Assembly: GCA_951406725.2 (NCBI GenBank)
Contig: OX597822.1
Coordinates: 13,950,001 to 14,014,000 of the forward strand
Length of the DNA: 64,000 bases
From: Octopus vulgaris
Lineage: Eukaryota
Direction: 5' to 3'
Below, one piece after another: positions 55,277 through 64,000 of this stretch. The notes beneath the pieces were generated by a model that was not told the DNA's origin, did not search any database, and saw only the letters and a program-made list of their open reading frames with translations. A program made the position numbers and the translations under genes. Numbering within the stretch: the stretch's first letter is position 1; every line of letters starts with the position of its first letter.

Positions 55277-57637
55277 TTAAATAATACCAAACTGCTTCAG
55301 TACAAATGTTGTAAATTTTTAAATATGCATAGCATTCTGTATATTTCATGTATTTAACAATTAGAAAGCAAGGCAAAAATCGATGAATTGAAGAAGAGAT
55401 TTTTTAGAAAGTTTTTCAAATGTTGCCATTGCGCGGATTGTCCCACTTACTTGAAAAAGTTCACAACCATCGTTAAATATTAGTTTTTTTTTCTTTTCAT
55501 TTTTCAGTCATACAAAATGTATCGATATTATAAACAAATTCACGTGTACATGGAGTGATTATCAAAAACCTATGAGAGATTTCACAAATATATACATATT
55601 TATGTATGTGTGTGTGCGTGTCCATGTATCTATATGCATATTTCATATATATGTATACACACACACACGCACACACACACACCGGGTAAGTTAACAGAAT
55701 CTACAAATGCTTTATCTAGTCAGATATAACTTGAATGCTTGCATTAATTCTTGTCTCAGAACTATCAGAAGGAAGAATATTGCAAAATAAATAGGCTTTT
55801 GTGCGTATGAACTACAAAATTTTTCACAGAATTATATAAAAGTTTCTTATTCTTTTACAAATAACTTTGCTCCATCTTTATCTAACACGAACGGCATAAA
55901 ACGTAGATCTTCTTCCTCGACCCAACGTTCTAAGACTTACAAATGCTTCCACCCGAATAATTGTGCATTCGACCATGAATATACTTCTAAAGAGATTATT
56001 TACTGCGTTACTGCAGAAATGTACACAGCTTCTAAATCATACATTTGATTAAACTTCGATTTTATTCAAATTACGTTACAATCAAAATCTTTTAAACTTT
56101 TTGCCATCAGCTTAGAAGCAGAAACACGAGTTTATCTACATTTATCTGGAATCTTAAATTTAATAACTCGAACTATGATATCAAATGGAGATTAATATGC
56201 TTTGCCAAACCTTGCAACCATTCCAACAAGTTTTGTATACTTTGTATTTCTAAATGCTATGCAGCGTTATTTTCCCACCTCTATCTTCTTAACCGCCATT
56301 CAGAGTTTCTATCTTTTTGCCTGCATAAATGATTTAAAACGCTTAGATTTTTCAAAACGTTTATCAGAGCAAATAGGAGAAAAATTATCAATGCGAATGT
56401 TTTCCTTTTCCCAGCGACATCTTTTCGAATATAATATTTCAGCTGTAGTTTTGATTGCATAAAACCTACCCTCAGCTGGCTTCCATCGACCCAATGGTCT
56501 GCTGGCTATTTAAGCACTTCCCATCTCTCTTAATAACTCAGCCCACGCAGATCGAATAATCAGCTGCCTCTTTGACAACCTCCTGGTTTCAGACGTCCTC
56601 CTCCTTTCCACTTTATATCTCCCTCTCTCGCTTCTACTCTGCCCATTCACTGTTCATCTATGTCCGTTTCTTCCTCGCTACCTTTATAGATGCAATATTT
56701 TATCATTATCTCAGGCGGCACGCAGGTAGAATCGTTAAGCATGCCGTTTGAAATGCTAAACATTCCGTCCGTCTCCACGTTCTGAGTTCAAATTCCGCCG
56801 AGGTCCACTTTACCTTTCATTCTTTCGGGGTTGATAAAATGCATAACCAGTTGAGAGCTGAGGTCGACACAATCGAATAATGAACTCTGACTATCTATCT
56901 ATCTACCGATCGATCGATCTGTCTGTCCAACTACCGTTGTATCTGTTATGTATTTCCAACAGCGTTCACTCTCCTGTGTTAGCTCGTTTGTTGAATTCCT
57001 TACACTGGTTCGAATCTTTGTGAGTTCTCGTCATTGATTCGTAAAGCGAGTCTAGTTTAATCATTATTTGTTATAAATCGTATCTTTTACTTGTTTCAGC
57101 CATTGGACTGCGGCCATACTGGGGCACCTTGAAGGGTTTCAGTCGGAAAAACCGCCCCCTGTCGATTATTGTTTTTTTTAAAGTCTAGCCCTCGTTTCTT
57201 CATTATTTTGTCGAACCGCTTAAGTTAAAGAGATGTAAAGAAACCAACATCGAACCGCTTAAATTATAGAAATGCAAACAAACCAACACTGGTTTTCAAG
57301 CAGTGTGGGAGAAGCACAAAGACACTCATAGACTGTGAGAATGCATATCCAAAGCCCACAGTGAAATGATGATAGGATCTAACGAAGAACTTCTTTATAC
57401 AAGCACTTGAGGTGACGCATTTTATACCTTGGATGCATGACAATGTTAATACATCTCACCAATGCACTACGGGTGTAAAAATGCGCCGAAACAATTGTAG
57501 TGATTTCGACTTACGAATGTCGTCCATCCCATTTTCTAACATTTATCTCACTATACATGTATGTATGTATGTATATATGTATGTATGTATGCATGTATGC
57601 ATGTATGTATGTATGTATGTATGTATGCATGTATGTA

Positions 57638-57670
<33 letters not shown>

Positions 57671-57671
<1 letters not shown>

Positions 57672-57925
57672 ACGGAAGGTTTACGAAAATAAACAAAAGA
57701 CGAAGGCAGGTGGAGTACAAACAAATAATGTATTAGTATGGCGCTCAGGAACAGAAATAGAAAATGTCTTTTACGTTTCGAGCCTACGCTCTTCGACAGA
57801 AAGATTCACAGAAAAGAAACAAGGAGAGAAAAAATTGCGTGTAGGGGCTAACGATCCAACATGGCGTTCTGATTTCAGAAGTCAGAGATCGGAGGTCAAA
57901 CGTCAGAGGTCAGAAGTTAGACGCT
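57671..57925 (-). mobile_element. Penelope terminal fragment family B, hammerhead variant at 57767-57804
   Basis: Near-identical to 54714-54900, with core CTGTCGA. Confidence 0.75.
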
Positions 57926-58961
57926 AGTGCTTCCAGCATGGATCTCATCCCAATAAATATAAAAACAAAATTAAAATAATAAAATACTTGCAAGATCACT
58001 TGCTCTGCTGCGATGGAGAAATATTTGTAGAAGTGACCTGTCGCAAGAACACAACTAATGATAACTAAATAACAAACTTTACTATTCCTCCCAAATGTAT
58101 AAAATATGATTCTTCGTTTAACTTCTGTAATTATGTCGAAAATATGCAAAGTTAAACCATAAAATAAACATTCATGCAACTACCCCACAATCCCTAAAAT
58201 TATTAGCCATCAACCAAAATTTGAAACCATTATTACTACACAAGGTAACGAGGGCAGTAATTAATTTCGATGACTGATGACAAGTTCAAATCCTGTTGGT
58301 CAGCTTCGATATGGGTTTTATCCCACCCAAGGCCTGCTGAAAATATTTCCTATATTCAGTTCAATAGAGAACAGGTACTCTAACACGTACGTGAATGTTT
58401 TCAGGTGCAAATTCTGTTAAGAAAGAGAAATTTATACAGGTTCAAAGGGATGCCAACTGACCTGGGTACACCTAAATACAAGAACAAAACGGGTAGGCAT
58501 GTCAATAACATAAAGACTCTTTGCTTAGTATATAAAGTATAAAATGTCTTATGTATGCTTTCGGTACACTGGTTCATACATAACGCTCCATAAATACAAT
58601 CGCATGTTTCTTCTCCTTCTTCTTTTTCCTCATACTCAATGAAAACGTGCAAAAACATGTGATACGCCTTGATTGTTTTAATCTAATTCCGTCTCATGCA
58701 TGTTCACTGCGAACGGTACCACAGGTTTTCTTAGATATTTTAAACTCATAAATAATTTTCCTCTAAGACTACACATATATTCTCATCACATCATTGCATT
58801 CGAAAATAAAACTGATTATATAAAAAAAATGGCGAACTTCCAGTTTTAAATTGGTGTGTTTTGAAAAAAAATAAATAATAAATAAATATTCTTATTTCTT
58901 TTCATATTAGTCTTTCATGTTCCTGCTGTTGTTGCTCTTACTTCAGCTATTGTTGTTGTGA

Positions 58962-59081
58962 TTCTTCTTCTTCTTCTTCTTCTTCTTCTTCTTCTTCTTC
59001 TTCTTCTTCTTCTTCTTCTTCTTCTTCTTCTTCTTCTTCTTCTTCTTCTTCTTCTTCTTCTTCTTCTTCTTCTTCTTCTTC
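58962..59081. repeat. Pure (TTC)n tract of ~40 units
   Basis: Seen directly in the sequence. Confidence 0.95.
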
Positions 59082-59796
59082 GTGTCGTTTTATGTGTATA
59101 TATGAAGGGTATATGTATAAATATAAGTGTGCGTACGTGCATCTGTGTGTGTGTGACGGTATCTCTATATATGTGCGTATATATGTATGACTGCCTATGG
59201 TTGTGTATGTGTGTGTTTGTATATATATACATGCACATATATATGCATATATATATATTTATAGCGACTCATCAGAAGATGATACAAAGGACATTATATA
59301 CTTTCGAACACTCACACACGTGCGCGCGCGCTTGCACACACACACACACACACACACACGTTCATGCGCATACAGAACACTCAACGAACGAACAATCAAC
59401 TACCAACAGAAATTTTTAAAAAACTACCATTTTCTTTAAAACACTGCCGCAAGTATTTTGAAATCACCTTCGCAGCTGCTTCCCTTCCGTCGTCCACCGT
59501 CACCGTAACTTAGCAGAATCTGAAGTAAAAGAGTTCTTCAGATCAAAGAATTGACTGCTACTACAAGGGAAGATGATAGACATGACACACGCACGCGAAC
59601 ACACGGTTGTGTATCTATGTAGATGTATGTATGTGTGTATGGATACATGTATGAGTACATACATTAAGTACATACACACGCATACACAAGCACAAATGCG
59701 TGTGTGTATGCATCTACATTGTGCAATTATATATCTACAACTAAAGCTTCTTCGAATTCCAGTAACTATTGAATGCTGATGACAAATATATATATG

Positions 59797-59922
<126 letters not shown>

Positions 59923-59960
59923 GTATGTGTGTGACACACATATATTTATATATATTATAT

Positions 59961-60128
59961 TTCAAAATGTAACCACATGTGAATCGTTGGCGATTTTCTT
60001 CCTCTGTCTTCTTTCTATTGGACTTACCTCTGTTTCCGAAGAAGAGCGTCTGCTCGAAACGTTAGACCATCTTTCTTTCCTTCCCTGAGCGTCTTCTAAT
60101 ACTTTACATGTACCACATCCACGCGTTG
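59961..60128 (+). mobile_element. Penelope-related short element family A, hammerhead motif at 60032-60067
   Basis: GTTT-CCGAAGA-A-GAGC gtct GCTC-GAAAC-GTT-AGAC. Confidence 0.65.
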
Positions 60129-60247
60129 CTAGATCATCAATGATTTCGCATTCCCTTTAATGTTCATCAGTGGCTTTCACCGCGCCTAGGGCTAGACATA
60201 ACTCGCCTTGTTAGTTTAGAAGATTTCCGTTGTTGAAATCACACGCT

Positions 60248-60705
60248 GGACATATGGCCTAGTGGTTAAGAGCGCGGGCTACTAACCCCAAGATTCTGAG
60301 ATCGATTCCAAGCAGTGACCTGGATAATAATAATAATAATAATAACCCTGTGTAATCTCAAATTTTAAAACAAACACATAATTTTCTTATGGTTTCTTAA
60401 ACATTCTCTAGAACAACACTAAGTCCAAAACCAAATATATGGCACCCTAGGCTTAATAACAACATGAACTTCTAACGTGTCTCTTGAGGTCTCTGGGTGA
60501 GACTTGGGACCAACTTGTACAAATACAAGGCAAAAGTCAAACATAAAATAATGATGATGATGATGACATCATCGAAGAATACCTTAGGAATGAGAACCCA
60601 GGTTCGAAATGGCCCTGATGAATGCTGGAGGGTATATCAGCCGAAACGTTGTGTTAACAACAAACAAGTTGAGGACAGATATAAATGTAAATAATGTAAA
60701 TAATG
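60248..60705 (+). mobile_element. Second tRNA-head/(AAT)n/hammerhead element, interrupted by a ~200 bp insert in its AAT tract
   Basis: A box TGGCCTAGTGG, B box GATCGATTC and the same CAGTGACCTG junction as the first copy. CTGATGA..CAGCC-GAAAC-GTT-GTGT at ~60615-60655. Confidence 0.75.
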
Positions 60706-62076
60706 AAATTGAAAATTATAAATAATATGGATGGCCAATTCGCAATTTTACAACCGAAAGGTCTGAGTTTCCGTTTGGAAAGTAGAATATAATCTACGAC
60801 TTGTAAGTTGCGTAGACGTTGGTTGTCGGCTGTCATGCATCAATCAGTGAAAGTCCTTTTCGCGAATCTCAATGAAGAATTTGAGCGTGTTTAAAGTCAG
60901 ATGACGAACAATGGTGGGTTTCTCTGTAAAGAAAGGGTTAAAATCTTTGATCCTTGTTTAAATTACTATCAAAACAGCTTCAAAGACAAACTCAACGTCA
61001 ACAGCCATCTTTCCATTTTTATAAAAAAATCAACGAATAAACTTGGACTTCCGATGGGTTTACAAATTCTTCTTGATGCAAGATAGTCAACAACTGACTC
61101 TGTACATTGCTGACATTGTGTGGTGCTTTCCTATTATTTTCTATCCTGCCCTAAATACAGTCGACTGACTGAGGGGGACCAAGCCCACATATAAATAATC
61201 CTTGATAATTTCACATTGATTAATATGCACGCACACACACACATATAATGTGTGTATCCACAAGCACACACACATATATGTAATATGTATGAGTATGTAT
61301 AGAAATACACGTGAGTGGTGTTGTAAAAAGCGGTATGATGATTGGAGAGGGACGAAGCAAGTCTGTGGTAACGTTAGACAAATATCTTTCCTGGAACATG
61401 AAAGTTAAGTTGTTGTCAGTAAGCATTTAAGATATACGATATAAAATATAGCTCTCAAAATTTACTGACGGCTTCAGTCTGTTGACCATAACGACAAACA
61501 GAAAATACACACACACGTGTGTGTGTGTGTGCGTGTGGACACATGCGATTATATGTGTGTGTCAGTGAGAGTGAGTGTGACTTCCTGTATTATCGAATAA
61601 AAGAACTGTTGTCTTCGTTCCTCAGCATGTAAATCGTAGAATCACATGCCTAGAAAACATGATCTGCTTCAATCCCACTGGGTCTCCTTAATTACAGTTA
61701 GTGACTTCGAAGCACGAAAACGAGCTTTTCCTTCTTTCCCAGAATTTGAATTAGGCTTTGCGATTGCGATGTTTCAACCACCGCAAAACAAATGAGCAAT
61801 GAAGTTTAAATAACTACCATTTCCCCATTTATTTTTTTAACGTGGGAAAATAAAACTGTTGCTTTTTAATAAACGATAACCAATCACACACTCATTCTTG
61901 ATTAAATCTAGAGAAAGAGCCAAGGTTTCACGTTTTATGAATTCAACGAGTTCTTTTTTTATATACATGTTTCTTTTGTGGTTTATTTTGATTTATTATG
62001 TAATATTACTTATAGCACATTCGATAAACATACATGCATACACCTCCTATCTATATATGTATGTGGATATATCTTA

Positions 62077-62231
<155 letters not shown>

Positions 62232-62239
62232 TTATATTT

Positions 62240-62450
62240 AACGGGAAGCTTTATGAAAATAATCAAAAGACGAAGGCAGGTGGAGTACAAACAAACAATT
62301 GTATTAGTATGGCGCTCAGGAATATAAATAAAACAAGTCTTTTACGTTTCGAACCTACGCTCTTCAACAGAAAGATACACAGAAAAGAAACACGGAGAGA
62401 AACAAGGAGAGAAAAAAATGCGTGCAGAAACTAGCGAATCAACATGGCGA

Positions 62451-62451
<1 letters not shown>
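62240..62451 (-). mobile_element. Penelope terminal fragment family B, hammerhead variant at 62338-62375
   Basis: Near-identical to 54714-54900, with (TA)n on both sides. Confidence 0.75.
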
Positions 62452-62499
<48 letters not shown>

Positions 62500-62502
62500 T
62501 CA

Positions 62503-62580
62503 GCGGTACATATGTTTCGGGCCTTTATTAGACGGTTTTATAACAATGCATAATGTGTGTCTTTGGCCTTCTTCAGCCGC
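62503..62580 (-). ncRNA. Hammerhead ribozyme, type I, canonical core, extended stem II
   Basis: Minus strand GCGG-CTGAAGA-aGGCC...AATAAA GGCCc-GAAAC-ATAT-GTA-CCGC. Confidence 0.8.
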
Positions 62581-62904
62581 ATACAATTACTACTTCAAGG
62601 GCATGTATTACATCATAAATTCTACGTTGGGGATGCGAATCCTCTCAGTCGCGTACGACAGAGTGGGGCACCAGCACAAAAACGAAGCGTCCTTCCCGTC
62701 TTTCACTCGATATAGAATTAGGAAGTTTGGATGTTGAGATAGAGAGGGAAGGGGTTGGGGGAGTTGAATCTTTAGTGAGTTGGGGATCACAAAGAGGGAG
62801 GGTGGTGGGTGCAAAAGGTAGTAAAAGAGTAAAAAATTACAAAAGAGTAAAAATTAAAAAAATATATAAAAAAATATAAGAATATAAAAAAGGTATCTTG
62901 CTCA

Positions 62905-64000
62905 TCTCTTATTATAAAAGGCAGATTTTATCTGCCTCCCTTTGGGAGTTATACAAATCTACAATATAGGATTTCTTCAATTACAATTTACCTGGCATTT
63001 TTAAGAGTACAATGCATCGCGTCATGCCAGGTCCAGTTTTTAAAATTTAAACTCCAATTAAGCAAAATTTACAGAAAACTCACATTCTGGTGTGTGTGTC
63101 AAATGCTTTTCTTAGTCTGGTTTACACCACACGCAAACGCACACACACAGTGGGCAACGAATAAAATGAAAGTAAATAGCGACAGAGTGATTTGAGGAAG
63201 ACTAAACTGAAAGTATTTAAACCACTACTCAAAAAATAAAAAAACACAGCAAACAGAAACAAATAAATACATAACCATTTAATCCTCACACAACTTCTTC
63301 AATTAGAATTTACCTAAGATTTTTCAAAGTACTCCATTCGCTCATGCCATAATATATTTCTTTCAATTTCACCCCCAATTAAGACAAAATTCGAGAAAAC
63401 TCAATATTTTAACATATCACTCCGAAAGCATTGATGTACATGTGTGCGTGTGTGAGTGTGTGTGTGTCATTCCTCACACACACGCATACACATACATATA
63501 CAACTACATACAACTACATACACATACAACTACATACAAACACGTGTGTGTTTGTTATTAGTAAAAAAGGCGCAAAAACACAACTCACTTATCATTCCAA
63601 CACATTTGCAAAGACACACGGAGGACAGAAAAGGTAAATTGGTTTTTATTTTACTCTGTATATATTTTATTATATAATATTATATATAGATATATGTATA
63701 TATAATTGCAGTATGAAACAGTGTTTATGTATAAACAGACGACACTTATATATAGTTACCAAGCCGCCCGAATTTACCTATTCATATTTAAATGTGAATA
63801 TCAGAGCAAATCTCTTTAGTACATTCGTGAAAACACGTATTATACTTCGTAAACACTTCAACTACAGTTTTGTACAAAAATCGAAGTGTAATTTTAATTC
63901 CGTGAATTATGGGAGATTTTTTTCCGAAATTTGTTCCTATTGTGTTTTCAAAATTTTTAATTCTGACAAAAAATGGATACGAATTTCATTATATCAAGCA
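62905..64000 (+). mobile_element. Possible non-autonomous Helitron, 5' part (may extend past the window)
   Basis: A|TC start followed by TTATTATAAAA and the hairpin AGGCAGAT ttt ATCTGCCT. The 3' CTRR end is not seen. Confidence 0.3.

Overview
This is AT-rich, microsatellite-dense eukaryotic DNA. The SINE families and repeat texture point to a coleoid cephalopod, probably Octopus, though this is inferred from pattern recognition only. I found no convincing host protein-coding exon, and almost all listed ORFs are microsatellite translations. The window holds a near-full-length frameshifted RTE LINE (minus, ~3331-7277), fragments of RTE, CR1/L2-like, R4/Dong-like and Penelope (GIY-YIG) retroelements, and Tc1/mariner remnants. 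It also holds several MITEs, possible Helitron ends and about 25 tRNA-derived SINE copies. The most striking hidden signal is about 15 hammerhead-ribozyme motifs from several Penelope-related families. They include a family with AAUAAA inside a long stem II and compensatory base changes, two families with fixed non-canonical cores (CUGUNGA, CCGANGA), a tRNA-headed SINE-like element carrying a hammerhead and an inverted tail copy, and a 294-bp-arm palindrome. The RTE 5' end also folds into a compact pseudoknotted RNA that I could not assign to a known ribozyme class. All folds were read by eye.
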